Part shown: positions 48,133-59,100 of the stretch, one piece after another
Layout: every line of letters starts with the position of its first letter
Numbering within the stretch: position 1 is the first letter of the stretch
Assembly (NCBI GenBank): GCA_017451505.1
Contig: JAFTOF010000002.1
Location: forward strand, 129,679 to 193,678
DNA: 64,000 bases
Direction: 5' to 3'
From: Clostridia bacterium
GTDB lineage: Bacteria > Bacillota > Clostridia > UMGS1883
The notes under the pieces: model-generated
What the model saw: only the letters and a program-made list of their open reading frames with translations
Database searches by the model: none
Told to the model about the DNA's origin: nothing
Program-made: the position numbers and the translations under genes

Positions 48133-49242
48133 ATGACAAAGAAAGCTTTTAGAATTTTAGGTTTGTTTTTGACATTTATTTTGATTTTTCAATCTATTTC
48201 CTTTTCACAGGAAAATGATTTGTGCTATGTGCTTCACGATTTGGGCGAATATAAGATAGTCACACGAAGATACCGTGTTGCACCTCCGCACGACTATGGT
48301 ACAGGTCCTGTATACAGCTATACAGACTATGGTGTAATTGATAAAGACGGCAATGTTATCGTTGAGCAAAAATATCAGGAAATTCTTCCCCCGTCTGAGG
48401 GCAGAGCAGCCTTTACCACAAATGAAAACAACATCGGATTTTTCGATGAAAACTGGAATATTGTTATTGAGCCAAAATATAAGAACAACCGCTACCCGTC
48501 ACAGCTTTATTTTTCCGAGGGACTTGTTCAGGTTGGAAAAAGCCATCCCGAAAAATATATCGTGTGGGGCTATATAGACCGTGACGGAAACGAGGTTATA
48601 GACTTTATTTACGACAGTGCCTCCCCATTCAAAAACGGCATTGCAGAGGTCGGAATAAATGAGCCTGTTTATAACTATAACACAATGACAAAATCCGGAA
48701 AAATTGATAAGAATGGCAATATTGTAGAGCCTTTCAAATTCGGCTATGCCACAGGTAAGCCTTACGATTCATGGTGGAACTATCCCATAGAGGTTCTTCT
48801 GAGCGAAAATCTTGTAGAATTAAACGGAAGAAGATACAAAAATTCCGACATAGAATATCCCTTTATAAACTATCTTGGCTACAGCTACATTCCGCTTACT
48901 TATTATGGCTGTAGAATGATGGGCATTAACTGTGACTGGACAGAGGAAACGGGGGTTGTCCTTTCAAGCGGCGGAGAAATATCCGAGGATATTGTAGGCA
49001 ACAATGGTATGACAGAGAGAGTGTATGAAAAAGCAGATATTTATAAGGGAAAGCTTACAATCAACGGTACTACCTATGAATATGGTGACACGGCATATCC
49101 ACTGATTCATTACAAAAATGTAGTATATATGCCCGTTCTCTGGCAGACGGGAATGGAGGCTCTCGGCATCGAATACAGCTTTATCGGTGCAGAAAAAATT
49201 GAAAATTCTGACAGAGGCTGTATGGTATTTAAGACGAACTAA
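48133..49242 (+). CDS. Secreted hypothetical protein: WG-repeat (KWG-like) domain plus two C-terminal copper-amine-oxidase-N-terminal-like domains
   Basis: Signal peptide. WG repeats (WGYIDRDGNEVIDFIYDSASPFKNGIA; GVIDKDGNVIVEQKY). C-terminal YPFINYLGYSYIPLTYY and YPLIHYKNVVYMPVLW stalk-domain repeats. Confidence 0.6.
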   Translation: MTKKAFRILGLFLTFILIFQSISFSQENDLCYVLHDLGEYKIVTRRYRVAPPHDYGTGPVYSYTDYGVIDKDGNVIVEQKYQEILPPSEGRAAFTTNENNIGFFDENWNIVIEPKYKNNRYPSQLYFSEGLVQVGKSHPEKYIVWGYIDRDGNEVIDFIYDSASPFKNGIAEVGINEPVYNYNTMTKSGKIDKNGNIVEPFKFGYATGKPYDSWWNYPIEVLLSENLVELNGRRYKNSDIEYPFINYLGYSYIPLTYYGCRMMGINCDWTEETGVVLSSGGEISEDIVGNNGMTERVYEKADIYKGKLTINGTTYEYGDTAYPLIHYKNVVYMPVLWQTGMEALGIEYSFIGAEKIENSDRGCMVFKTN

Positions 49243-49264
49243 AAAAGTAAGAGAGGCTGCTAAT

Positions 49265-50887
49265 ATGAAAAAGCTTGCAGTTTTATTTTCAATTTTTATT
49301 CTTTGCATTGCATCAAATGCTTATGCAAAGGAGGTTGCCACTATTCCCTCCTGCTCCGTTACATTAAACGGGCAGAGTGTGGATAACAGCTACAGACAGT
49401 TTCCGCTTCTTCAATATAAAGATATTGTATACTTCCCGATGACGTATTACGATTGCCGTTTTTTAGGGGTATATACCGACTGGAACGAGCAGACAGGCAC
49501 ACTTTATATAAATACGGAAAATATTTCGGGTGCATACCGAAAATACAACTGGGAATGGAAAAACGGGAAACGAAACGAAATTGATATATGCAAATTCAAT
49601 ATCGTTGTAAATTCTAAGGTGATTGATAACGAAAAAGAGGAATATCCCCTTATTACATTTCGTGATGTGACATATTTTCCGCTGACATGGCGTTTTGCCG
49701 TGGACGAGTTTGGCTGGCAATACAGCTATGATGAGAAAAACGGACTTGTGATTACTGCGGATAATTACATTTGCAAAACACTTTCGCTGCCCGATTTAAG
49801 AGAGCCTATGCTCCCCAATGCCGCAACGGACGGAAAATATTACTACTATACGGGAAACGATAAAAAGGTTTATCGCACACCTGTAGATAATACAGAGGCA
49901 AAAGAGCATATTTATACAATGGCAGACAATGTTTATTCTCCGGACGGAAGCAGTTCTATACTTTTTTCCGTTCAGGGTAATGATGTCTATTTATCCTACC
50001 GCACGGGTGCATCTATGGGAACAAATTACCGTGTAAAAATAAACCCTGACGGTACAACAGAGGATTCAAAGGACGGAAGCTACCACGAAAGCTTTTTAGG
50101 TGGAAGTGAATATGTATATGATTGCAATGGCTTTACTGTAAGGGTTTACCGTGGAGGATATGGCAATTCACGTGTTCTATACAAAAAGGATAGCAGTGAA
50201 AATACTATGGAGCTTCTCTCCGACGGAATAGTTTTTGCGGAGATACGCTCGGAGGATTCTGAATATCACGGAAACGTCGAAATACTTGGAAATAACATTT
50301 ACCTTACAGGGTACAATAAGACAAATAATGAAAATAGCCGTTTGTACCGCTATGATGCTCAGAACGAAACACTTACCCCACTTATTGAAAATGTGGCTGA
50401 GTTTGTTGCATTTACAGGCTGGGATAACGATACAAAGAGTAATTCCGATATGATAGTTTACTATCAGGACGGCAAAATGTACCGATACAGCTCTGCGAGC
50501 GATAAAACAATAGTAATCAAGGAAGATTCACTTCCCCTTGTGGGTGGTGTATGCCATCATAGCACGCTTTATCTTCACACTAAAAGTGAAGAAAAATCCG
50601 CTGTAGACTTTTATCTGAACTACGGCATCGGAAGCGGTGCAGGCAGTACTATTTTTGAAACAACACTTCCGACTGACTCGTATATAAAGGACGGAATGCT
50701 TGTTACAGAGTCTTTCGGTGATGCAGACGGAGAAAAGGACATCCGCACCTGTGTATTCAACAGACCTTACGGGTTTTTCCGTTCAAGCGATAATATGAAT
50801 TACTATTTTTTCATCCACAATAACAAGCTGATATATACACCCACTGACGATACAACTCTTATTGAGGTTGATTTAAACAAAAACTGA
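49265..50887 (+). CDS. Secreted hypothetical protein; paralog of 46476..48107 (stalk domains plus a DUF5050-like domain)
   Basis: Signal peptide [21 protein letters not shown], near-identical to its paralog. Shares the KFNIVVN...[31 protein letters not shown] block. Confidence 0.6.
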   Translation: MKKLAVLFSIFILCIASNAYAKEVATIPSCSVTLNGQSVDNSYRQFPLLQYKDIVYFPMTYYDCRFLGVYTDWNEQTGTLYINTENISGAYRKYNWEWKNGKRNEIDICKFNIVVNSKVIDNEKEEYPLITFRDVTYFPLTWRFAVDEFGWQYSYDEKNGLVITADNYICKTLSLPDLREPMLPNAATDGKYYYYTGNDKKVYRTPVDNTEAKEHIYTMADNVYSPDGSSSILFSVQGNDVYLSYRTGASMGTNYRVKINPDGTTEDSKDGSYHESFLGGSEYVYDCNGFTVRVYRGGYGNSRVLYKKDSSENTMELLSDGIVFAEIRSEDSEYHGNVEILGNNIYLTGYNKTNNENSRLYRYDAQNETLTPLIENVAEFVAFTGWDNDTKSNSDMIVYYQDGKMYRYSSASDKTIVIKEDSLPLVGGVCHHSTLYLHTKSEEKSAVDFYLNYGIGSGAGSTIFETTLPTDSYIKDGMLVTESFGDADGEKDIRTCVFNRPYGFFRSSDNMNYYFFIHNNKLIYTPTDDTTLIEVDLNKN

Positions 50888-50906
50888 CAGAAAGGGGCAT
50901 AAAGAA

Positions 50907-52232
50907 ATGTCAAAGCCCATTATTGCCATAGTTGGCAGACCGAATGTGGGAAAATCCACATTATTTAATAAAATAGCAGGAAAACGCATATCTATTGTTG
51001 AGGATACGCCCGGTGTTACCCGCGACCGCATATTTGCAGACGGCGAATGGTGCGGAAAGACCTTTACAATGATTGATACAGGCGGTATTGAGCCATATTC
51101 AAAGGACATTATCCTTGAGCAGATGAGAATGCAGGCGGAGCTTGCAATAGATATGGCACACGTTATAATTTTTATGACGGATATCCGTGACGGTATGACG
51201 GCGGCAGATCAGGAGGTCTGCACAATGCTTCAGAAATCGGGCAAGCCCATCGTGCTTGTTGTAAACAAGGTTGACACCCCCGGTGAACCTCCCCTTGATT
51301 TTTACGAATTTTACAATCTGGGACTTGGTGACCCGATTGCAATTTCTTCACTCCATAAAATGGGTGTTGGTGATGTTTTGGACGAATGTGTAAAGCACTT
51401 CCCCACCGCTGAAGAAGAGGAGGAGGACGATACAATCAAGATTGCAATTGTCGGTAAGCCCAACGCAGGTAAAAGCTCCCTTGTAAACAAGCTTCTTGGT
51501 GAAAACCGTGTGATTGTATCTAACATTGCAGGAACTACGCGTGACAGTATTGACACGCTCTATGAGCATAACGGAGAAAAGTACACACTTATCGATACGG
51601 CAGGAATCCGCCGTAAGGCAAAGGTTACAGACAGTCTTGAACGCTACAGCGTTATCCGTTCCTACAGTGCCGTTGAGAGGTGTGATGTGTGCCTGATTAT
51701 GATTGATGCAACGGAGGGCATAAGTGAGCAGGATGCCAAAATTGCAGGCTACGCCCATGATGAGGGCAAGGCTTCCATTATTTGCGTAAACAAATGGGAC
51801 TTAGTGGAAAAGGACAACAGCAGTGTAAATGAATTTACAAAGGAAATCCATGAAAAATTAAGCTTTATGACCTATGCTCCCATTCTCTTTATTTCGGCAC
51901 AGACGGGACAGAGGCTCAATAACATTTTTGAGATGGTGACATATGTCACAAATCAGAACTCCATGCGTCTTCAGACAGGTGTACTTAACGATTGTCTGGC
52001 AGAGGCTACAATGCGTGTTCAGCCCCCCAGTGACAAGGGTAAGAGATTAAAGCTTTATTATATGACGCAGGTCAGTGTAAAGCCGCCTACGTTTGTTATA
52101 TTTGTTAACGACCATGAGTTGGCACACTTCAGCTATATCCGTTATATTGAAAACTGCATCCGTGACAGCTTTAATTTAAAGGCTACACCGCTGAAGTTTA
52201 TAGTGAGGGAAAGAAGCAAAGAAACAAAATAA
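50907..52232 (+). CDS. der: Ribosome-associated GTPase Der (EngA), with two GTPase domains and a KH domain
   Basis: Two P-loops (GRPNVGKST; GKPNAGKSS), DTGG/DTAG switch motifs, and the KH-like C-terminus. Confidence 0.95.
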   Translation: MSKPIIAIVGRPNVGKSTLFNKIAGKRISIVEDTPGVTRDRIFADGEWCGKTFTMIDTGGIEPYSKDIILEQMRMQAELAIDMAHVIIFMTDIRDGMTAADQEVCTMLQKSGKPIVLVVNKVDTPGEPPLDFYEFYNLGLGDPIAISSLHKMGVGDVLDECVKHFPTAEEEEEDDTIKIAIVGKPNAGKSSLVNKLLGENRVIVSNIAGTTRDSIDTLYEHNGEKYTLIDTAGIRRKAKVTDSLERYSVIRSYSAVERCDVCLIMIDATEGISEQDAKIAGYAHDEGKASIICVNKWDLVEKDNSSVNEFTKEIHEKLSFMTYAPILFISAQTGQRLNNIFEMVTYVTNQNSMRLQTGVLNDCLAEATMRVQPPSDKGKRLKLYYMTQVSVKPPTFVIFVNDHELAHFSYIRYIENCIRDSFNLKATPLKFIVRERSKETK

Positions 52233-52254
52233 GTTCGAAAGGGTTTGATTAACT

Positions 52255-52854
52255 TTGGCACTTAAATTTATACTATGCTTAATATTCGGTTACCTTTTCG
52301 GGTCACTGAATTTTGCAATCATATATTCAAAATTAAAGGGTGACGACATCCGAAACCACGGCAGCGGAAACGCAGGTGCTACCAATGTACTGCGTACCTA
52401 TGGAAAGGGTGCGGCGGCAGTGGTATTTCTGCTTGACATTTTAAAAGGCGTTATTGCCGTAATGATTACACGCTTATTTTTTAATGATATGCTTTACAAC
52501 TGTGCTTCTGCTCTCGGTGCGGTGCTGGGACATAATTTTCCGCTTTATTACGGATTTAAGGGTGGAAAAGGCGTTGCAACAAGTCTGGCAGTGCTTCTCG
52601 TTTTGCACTATCCCACAGCACTTATTGCTCTTGGTACATTCATAATTGTGGTTGTTACCACTAAGTATGTTTCCCTTTCCTCCATTCTTGCAGCAGTAGC
52701 GGCAATGGTGGGAGCGTTTATATTCTTTAAGGCAGACGTATTTTCGATTTTCTGCCTGATTTTAGGTGTTCTTTGTATATACAGGCATCGCTCGAACATA
52801 AAAAGGCTCATCAGCGGCACAGAAAACAAGCTCGGCAAAAAAAGAAAGGACTAA
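52255..52854 (+). CDS. plsY: Glycerol-3-phosphate acyltransferase PlsY
   Basis: GSGNAGATN and the HNFP/GGKGVAT motifs. Length 199 aa, polytopic. Confidence 0.92.
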   Translation: MALKFILCLIFGYLFGSLNFAIIYSKLKGDDIRNHGSGNAGATNVLRTYGKGAAAVVFLLDILKGVIAVMITRLFFNDMLYNCASALGAVLGHNFPLYYGFKGGKGVATSLAVLLVLHYPTALIALGTFIIVVVTTKYVSLSSILAAVAAMVGAFIFFKADVFSIFCLILGVLCIYRHRSNIKRLISGTENKLGKKRKD

Positions 52855-52858
52855 TCAT

Positions 52859-53857
52859 ATGAAAATATCTGTTATAGGAAGCGGTGGCTGGGGAACTGCA
52901 ATTGCACTTCTCCTTTGTTCAAACGGACACGAGGTTTGTCTGTGGTCTTACAAAAAAGAAGAAAGTGAAAGACTTAGCCGCGACCGTGAAAACAAGGAAT
53001 TTTTGCCCGGAGTAAGCTTTGGGGATTATAACATCACATTCACAAGCGATATAGAGGAAGCGGCAGGTTTCGGTGAAATTATAGTTTCAGCCGTTCCTTC
53101 AAAGGCTGTGCCTGCTACGGCACGTGCCTTGGGAAAATGTGCAGACGGAAAAATTCTTGTGAATATTTCAAAGGGTATTGACGAGGAAAGGCTTTGCAGA
53201 CTAAGCGAAACCTTTGAAGCTGAAATGCCCTCATCTGTAATAGCCGTACTCAGCGGTCCTTCCCACGCTGAAGAAGTTGCACGGGGTATTCCCACGACAA
53301 ATGTTATTGCCTGCAAGGATAAGGAAATGGCACAAAAGCTTCAGGATATATTTATGTCCCCCACGTTCCGTGTTTACACCAATGATGATGTGGCAGGTGT
53401 GGAATTTGGAGGTGCTCTGAAAAATATTATTGCCCTTTGTGCAGGTATTACTGACGGTCTTGGCTATGGAGATAACACGAAAGCCGCCCTTATGACACGA
53501 GGTATTCATGAAATAACACGTCTTGGCGTAGCCTTGGGTGCAAAAAAGGAAACCTTTGCAGGGCTTTCGGGTATTGGCGACCTTATTGTAACATGTACCT
53601 CAATGCACAGCCGTAACCGCCGTGCGGGAATACTTATCGGTCAGGGCAGGACGCTTTCGGAGGCTCTTAGTGAAGTGCATATGACAGTTGAGGGCGTATG
53701 TGCTACCGAGGCTGCCTACAAGCTTGCTAAGAAGCACAATATAGAAATGCCCATTGTAAGTGCGGCATACAAAGTCCTTTTTGAAAATGCCGACCCACGC
53801 AAGGCAGTGGCAGAGCTTATGACAAGAGACAAAAAAAGCGAGGCTGATATACTTTGA
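52859..53857 (+). CDS. gpsA: NAD(P)H-dependent glycerol-3-phosphate dehydrogenase
   Basis: IGSGGWGTA Rossmann motif and the LKNIIALCAG-region signature. Conserved der-plsY-gpsA order. Confidence 0.95.
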   Translation: MKISVIGSGGWGTAIALLLCSNGHEVCLWSYKKEESERLSRDRENKEFLPGVSFGDYNITFTSDIEEAAGFGEIIVSAVPSKAVPATARALGKCADGKILVNISKGIDEERLCRLSETFEAEMPSSVIAVLSGPSHAEEVARGIPTTNVIACKDKEMAQKLQDIFMSPTFRVYTNDDVAGVEFGGALKNIIALCAGITDGLGYGDNTKAALMTRGIHEITRLGVALGAKKETFAGLSGIGDLIVTCTSMHSRNRRAGILIGQGRTLSEALSEVHMTVEGVCATEAAYKLAKKHNIEMPIVSAAYKVLFENADPRKAVAELMTRDKKSEADIL

Positions 53858-55050
53858 AAATTGCAGTAATCGGCGGCGGTGCCGGCGGTATTGCCGCTGC
53901 AATTTACGCAAAACGAAATAATATGAAAAATTCTGTCACCGTGTTTGAACGCGGTGACAGAATTTTAAAAAAGCTCTTGGCTACGGGAAACGGCAGATGC
54001 AATCTGTCAAACGAAAGCATCTCTCCCGAAAATTATTTTTCACATACACCCGATTCCTTAGAGCAAATACTTTCTGCCTTCCCCGAAAATGAAGAAAGGC
54101 AGTTTTTTGCGAGCCTCGGAATACTTTTATGCTCTGAAAGCGGCAGAATATATCCCTATTCACGCAGGGCAAATGCGGTTAGCGATGCCCTTAGATTTGA
54201 ATGTGAAAGACTCGGAATAAAAATTTGCACCAATTCCTTTATAGACAGAGTTTTGGTTAAGGACAAGCTCTTTATTATAAAAGGAGAGCAGTTTGACAGC
54301 GTTATTATTTCCTGCGGCGGAATGTCTGCCCCCTCCTTTGGAACTGACGGAAATTCCTTTAAGCTTTTAAAAGCTTTGGGACACACTGTTACCCCAACCT
54401 GCTATGCCCTGTCCCCTGTTAAGGTCAGGGAAAATGTAAAGTCATTAAAGGGAATACGCGTACATTGCAGCGTTACGCTTTATGATAAAAACAATATGGT
54501 AAAACAGGAAGAAGGCGAGCTTCAGCTAACGGACTACGGACTTTCGGGAATTGTAATAATGCAGCTTTCAAGGCTTGCTGCCAAAGGAAGCACAATCACG
54601 GTTGATTTGATGCCCGATTTTTCACAAGAGGAGCTTTCGGAATTTTTAACAGAAAGAAGAAAAAAGCTTTCACATCTTAAAGCCGAGGATTTCCTGACGG
54701 GATTTTTGCATAAGGCTTTGGGACAATACATTTTGGGAAGGTGCGGCATTTCTGCTTCGCTCCCTGCTTCAAAACTTGAAGAAAATGAAATTTTCCGTCT
54801 CGCAAAAGAGCTTAAAAAGCTTTCATTTACCGTGGACTGTGTTCTTGGTAAAGAACAATCACAGGCAACAAGCGGCGGTGCTTTACTTTCGGAATTTAAT
54901 ACAAAAACCCTTGAATCTAAAAAGCACAGTGGACTTTACTGCATAGGCGAAGCACTTGACTGTGTGGGTGATTGCGGCGGTTACAATTTACATTGGGCTT
55001 GGACTACGGCATATATAGCAGGAAAGGCAGTTTCAAAATGCTTAAAATAA
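53854..55050 (+). CDS. HI0933/BaiN-like flavoprotein (aminoacetone-oxidase-type FAD/NAD(P)-binding protein)
   Basis: IAVIGGGAGGIAAAIYA dinucleotide-binding motif, ~400 aa, HI0933-family architecture. Confidence 0.75.
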   Translation: MKIAVIGGGAGGIAAAIYAKRNNMKNSVTVFERGDRILKKLLATGNGRCNLSNESISPENYFSHTPDSLEQILSAFPENEERQFFASLGILLCSESGRIYPYSRRANAVSDALRFECERLGIKICTNSFIDRVLVKDKLFIIKGEQFDSVIISCGGMSAPSFGTDGNSFKLLKALGHTVTPTCYALSPVKVRENVKSLKGIRVHCSVTLYDKNNMVKQEEGELQLTDYGLSGIVIMQLSRLAAKGSTITVDLMPDFSQEELSEFLTERRKKLSHLKAEDFLTGFLHKALGQYILGRCGISASLPASKLEENEIFRLAKELKKLSFTVDCVLGKEQSQATSGGALLSEFNTKTLESKKHSGLYCIGEALDCVGDCGGYNLHWAWTTAYIAGKAVSKCLK

Positions 55051-56600
55051 CTAACCTTTTACTTCCAATTAAATATACTGACGAAGATATTAAAGCCGCC
55101 ATTAAAAAGAAGCTTAGGATAGGCGATTATGACATTTTGTCATATGAAATTATAAAGGATTCAATCGATGCACATAAAAGAGGTGAAATTCACCGCTGTG
55201 TAAGCATTGGAATCCGTCTTCGCGGTGAAAAACGTTTCCTTGATATAAAGGGTGTCGAGCCTTGGGAAAAGTTTGAATACGAGTACCCACCCGTTTCTAC
55301 GCTTTCAAAACGCCCCGTTGTGGTGGGAAGTGGTCCCGCAGGGCTTTTTGCGGCACATATACTTGCCGTATGCGGTGCTTGTCCCATTCTTATTGAACGG
55401 GGCATGGACGTAGACAGCCGAAGAAAAGCCGTGGACTCCTTTTTCTCAGGAGGAGTATTAGATACAGAGAGCAATATTCAATTTGGCGAGGGCGGTGCAG
55501 GAACATTTTCCGACGGCAAATTAACCACAGGAACAAAAGACCCCAGACAAAGAAAGGTGCTCGAGGAATTTATAAAGCATGGTGCTCCCGAGGAAATTGC
55601 CTATGCAGGTAAGCCCCATATAGGCACTGACTTGCTTTCGGGAATTATTAAAAACATGCGTAATGAAATCATATCCCTTGGCGGTGAAGTGCGATTCGGA
55701 ACACGGCTTGACGATATTTATGTAAAGGAAAACCGTGTTACAGGAATCAAAACCAACAAGGGCGATATAGAAACCGACTGCGTAATCCTTGCAATCGGTC
55801 ATAGTGCACGCGATACAGTAAAAATGCTTCTGTCGCATAATATTCCCATGGAGCGTAAGAGTTTTTCGGTAGGGGTAAGAATTGAACATCCCCAAAAAAT
55901 GATAAATGAAGCACTTTACCACAAATTTGCTTCCCGTCTTCCTGCCGCAGACTATAAGCTGGCGGTGCATCTTAAAGACGGAAGGGGTGTATATACATTC
56001 TGTATGTGTCCCGGTGGAAGCGTTGTTGCCGCCGCAAGTGAGGAAAACACTGTGGTAACCAACGGAATGAGTAATTTTGCCCGTGACGGTGAAAACGCCA
56101 ACAGTGCACTGTTAGTGTCTGTGCTTCCCTCGGATTTTGAGGGTGATGATGTTTTAGCAGGAATGGAATTTCAGAAAAAGCTTGAAAAAAGTGCTTTTTA
56201 TATGGGTGGCGGCAATTACTTTGCCCCTGTACAGACCTCGGCTGATTTTCTTCGCGGACAAAAGAGTGTTTCCCTTGGAAATGTAAACCCCACCTACCCC
56301 GTAGGTGTTACATGCTCCAATTTAGGACAGCTTTTCCCTGAATTTGTCACAGCGTCGCTCAAGGAAGCAATTCCCCTTATGGATAGAAAGCTCCACGGCT
56401 TCGCACTTCCCGATGCTGTTCTGACAGGGGTTGAAAGCCGTTCCTCCTCCCCTGTCCGTATTATCCGCGATGACTCTTGCCAATCCTTTATAAAAGGACT
56501 CTACCCCTGTGGAGAGGGTGCAGGCTATGCAGGCGGAATTATGAGTGCCGCTGTTGACGGAATCCGTGTTGCTGAACACGTTTTGAAACAAAATTCTTAA
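55038..56600 (+). CDS. FAD-dependent protein (COG2509-type NAD(FAD)-utilising dehydrogenase)
   Basis: VVVGSGPAGLFAA FAD-binding motif. Start set at MLKITNLL, after a GGAAAGG RBS, overlapping the upstream gene by 13 nt. Confidence 0.7.
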   Translation: MLKITNLLLPIKYTDEDIKAAIKKKLRIGDYDILSYEIIKDSIDAHKRGEIHRCVSIGIRLRGEKRFLDIKGVEPWEKFEYEYPPVSTLSKRPVVVGSGPAGLFAAHILAVCGACPILIERGMDVDSRRKAVDSFFSGGVLDTESNIQFGEGGAGTFSDGKLTTGTKDPRQRKVLEEFIKHGAPEEIAYAGKPHIGTDLLSGIIKNMRNEIISLGGEVRFGTRLDDIYVKENRVTGIKTNKGDIETDCVILAIGHSARDTVKMLLSHNIPMERKSFSVGVRIEHPQKMINEALYHKFASRLPAADYKLAVHLKDGRGVYTFCMCPGGSVVAAASEENTVVTNGMSNFARDGENANSALLVSVLPSDFEGDDVLAGMEFQKKLEKSAFYMGGGNYFAPVQTSADFLRGQKSVSLGNVNPTYPVGVTCSNLGQLFPEFVTASLKEAIPLMDRKLHGFALPDAVLTGVESRSSSPVRIIRDDSCQSFIKGLYPCGEGAGYAGGIMSAAVDGIRVAEHVLKQNS

Positions 56601-57525
56601 CCAGCATTAAGGCGAGTATCCCTGTAGAGGTAAAGAAAATAAGACTCAGGTCATTAAAGCAGATTTTTGTGATAAAAAAGGCTATCATAGAAGCAGTAAA
56701 CTTTATGAGGTAATAGTTTTTCATTGAGAAGCTGCCCTCAGTCAGTGCATCAGCCTGAAAATGCACACTCAGTCCTCCCCATGCAACAAATGCACTGATA
56801 AGGGGTAGGGCATCATATCCATAGCGGGACAATTCACTGCAGCCCCGTGTAACCTCTGCAATGCCGCACAAAAAGCTATATCTGCCTAAAGGAAATATTT
56901 CCAGCACGGCACTGAAAGTAATAACAAATACACATGCGGTAATAATTGCACTTCCGCTTTGAACTGCCGCACTTGTAACAAGCTTTCCCAAAGAAGGCTT
57001 GTTTTTTTTGTATTCATCAAGACTTTGAGAAAAGGTTTGTTTTTGTATTGGGAAACTGCCTCCAAAAAGGCTTGCACAGATAAGAATAGTTAAGACCTGC
57101 ACTAAAAAAAGATTAATTCCTACCCCCTTGCCCCCGAAAAAACTGATTCCGATTGTTCCTATAACAAAAAGCGGACCTGCATTGTTACAAATCGGAAGCA
57201 GTTTTTCTGCCTCCTCCTTTGTGATTTGTCCCTCCCGAAAGCATTCCAAAACGGCTTTCGCACCTGCTCCGTAGCCTCCTAAAATCCCTGTAATGAAACA
57301 TACACAGCCTATGGGGCTTATTTTGGTAAGAGGAGTGAGAACCTTGGAAAAAATTATTCCCAAAGGCTTTGAAAATCCGCTTTTTATAATACAGGAGCTT
57401 ACAAACATGAAAGGAAGAAGCGAAGGTATAACTGCATTTAAACATAGTGCCAATCCGCTTTGTGCCCCCCATAAAACCTGAGCGGGAAAAAGTGCAAAAC
57501 ACGCACAAACAATAAAGAACAACAT
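56539..57525 (-). CDS. Nucleoside-recognition (Gate) domain membrane protein, YlbJ-like (sporulation integral membrane protein)
   Basis: Two Gate-domain halves (SLLPFMFVSSCI...; NNAGPLFVIGTIG...). AGGAGGG RBS. Translationally close to the upstream YabP-family gene. Confidence 0.55.
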   Translation of the reverse strand: MLFFIVCACFALFPAQVLWGAQSGLALCLNAVIPSLLPFMFVSSCIIKSGFSKPLGIIFSKVLTPLTKISPIGCVCFITGILGGYGAGAKAVLECFREGQITKEEAEKLLPICNNAGPLFVIGTIGISFFGGKGVGINLFLVQVLTILICASLFGGSFPIQKQTFSQSLDEYKKNKPSLGKLVTSAAVQSGSAIITACVFVITFSAVLEIFPLGRYSFLCGIAEVTRGCSELSRYGYDALPLISAFVAWGGLSVHFQADALTEGSFSMKNYYLIKFTASMIAFFITKICFNDLSLIFFTSTGILALMLVKNFVSKRVQQHGFRQQRHS

Positions 57526-57536
57526 ATTTTACCCTC

Positions 57537-57812
57537 CTATAGAAATTCCACACGCAGTATTCTGCCCTTTACAAAAACCCCATCGTCACTAATGCTTTCT
57601 ATCAAAAGACCATCGCCGTCAATTTTGATGATACCTGTATTTGAATTAATTTTTATAGAGTTCTCTCCATAATCTAAAATTCCCCTGAAATTTTCCACAT
57701 TTATCTGACTGCATCCCATAATCTCAATTCGCGGAATATCACATAGCACATCAAGCGGCAAATCGAGAGCATCGGCTATTTTATCTCTTGTATTTCTCTC
57801 TTTGTTTTTCAT
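57537..57812 (-). CDS. YabP/YqfC-family sporulation protein
   Basis: 91 aa. The characteristic C-terminus ...IKIDGDGLLIESISDDGVFVKGRILRVEF matches the YabP-family beta-barrel. Confidence 0.7.
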   Translation of the reverse strand: MKNKERNTRDKIADALDLPLDVLCDIPRIEIMGCSQINVENFRGILDYGENSIKINSNTGIIKIDGDGLLIESISDDGVFVKGRILRVEFL

Positions 57813-57890
57813 TTTTCAAGACACCTCATTAAATAGTTATGCAAATAAAAAACAAATCATACAATTTATTGATAGACTAGTGCTAAAGGA

Positions 57891-59087
57891 ATGATATATT
57901 TGTTGGAAACTTTGCTTAACTGTATCAAAGGTTGTTATACGCTTAAAGCTGAAGGAAAATTTCCTGAAAGAATATTAAATTTTGCTTCAACGTCGGGTAT
58001 ATACATACAGAACGTAAGACGTGAGGACTCATATACGCTGACGTTTACAGTCAGCAGAAAAGGGGCAAAAAAGCTTCTGGAATGTAATATTGAGGGGCTT
58101 GAAGTAAGCATCTTCGCAAAATTCGGAATCCCCTTTTTCCTCCAAAAGCATAAAAAACGGGGGTTTTTATTTACGCTTCCGATTATTGTGGCAGTAGCAG
58201 TCATTATCTTTTCTCAGTTTATATGGAGAGTGGAAATTACGGGCGGAGATAAGGTTCTTCGAAGTCAGGTACAAAAGGTTATTGAAAAAAACGGAATACG
58301 TTTCGGCTCACTTAAACACAAAATTGACCAGTATGACATTAAACGCAAAGCAATCATGGAGCTTGATGACCTTTCATGGATGTGGGTAGATATAAGAGGT
58401 ACTACAGCCAAGGTAAAGGTACAGAAAAGAACTTTAAGGCCACAGGTAAGCGAAATCCACGAACCGTCCGATGTAATTGCCATGCACAGCGGTATAATTG
58501 AAAAAATGCAGACCTTCTGCGGTCAGCCTCTTTTTAAAGAAGGAATGACGGTGGAAAAAGGGCAGGTGCTTATTACAGGAGTTTTTAAAAGCGAGAATGA
58601 AAACATTCCCGTCTATTATCATCACGCTTCAGGCAATGTTATTTTAAAAGTTTATGAAAAGAAAACCGTTGTTATTCCTAAAAAAACACTTATTAAAACC
58701 CCCACAGGCAGGAAAAAAAGTGTTTTTTCCCTAAATTTTAAAAAAAATAATATAAAATTTTCATTAAATAGTGGAATTTCCTATAGCAATTATGATAAAA
58801 TAGAAAAAAAGTATGGGCTGTGGAAATTCCCCCTTTCTTTTTCAAAGACAGAGTATCGGGAGGTTAAGGTTACTTCTTCTGATACCGACCTGAGTGCACA
58901 GCTTGAAAAACGCAGAGAGGATTTTGAAAAAGAGCTGACAAGGAAAAGAATGAAGGTCTCAGGAATTTCCGAATACACCGAGGAAAAGGAAGACAATGTT
59001 TCGGTTACATTTACCGCCGAGTGTCTTGTCCGCACAGACAAGGAAGTACCCATAGCTGATATAGAAACAGAAAATGTTCCTGACTGA
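57891..59087 (+). CDS. yqfD: Sporulation protein YqfD (stage IV-type)
   Basis: N-terminal cytoplasmic domain (CYTLKAEGKFPERILNFASTSGIYIQNVRR), a single TM segment (FTLPIIVAVAVIIFSQFIW), and a C-terminal domain. The start may instead be the TTG at about 57900. Confidence 0.8.
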   Translation: MIYLLETLLNCIKGCYTLKAEGKFPERILNFASTSGIYIQNVRREDSYTLTFTVSRKGAKKLLECNIEGLEVSIFAKFGIPFFLQKHKKRGFLFTLPIIVAVAVIIFSQFIWRVEITGGDKVLRSQVQKVIEKNGIRFGSLKHKIDQYDIKRKAIMELDDLSWMWVDIRGTTAKVKVQKRTLRPQVSEIHEPSDVIAMHSGIIEKMQTFCGQPLFKEGMTVEKGQVLITGVFKSENENIPVYYHHASGNVILKVYEKKTVVIPKKTLIKTPTGRKKSVFSLNFKKNNIKFSLNSGISYSNYDKIEKKYGLWKFPLSFSKTEYREVKVTSSDTDLSAQLEKRREDFEKELTRKRMKVSGISEYTEEKEDNVSVTFTAECLVRTDKEVPIADIETENVPD

Positions 59088-59100
59088 AAAGGAGAAAAGA

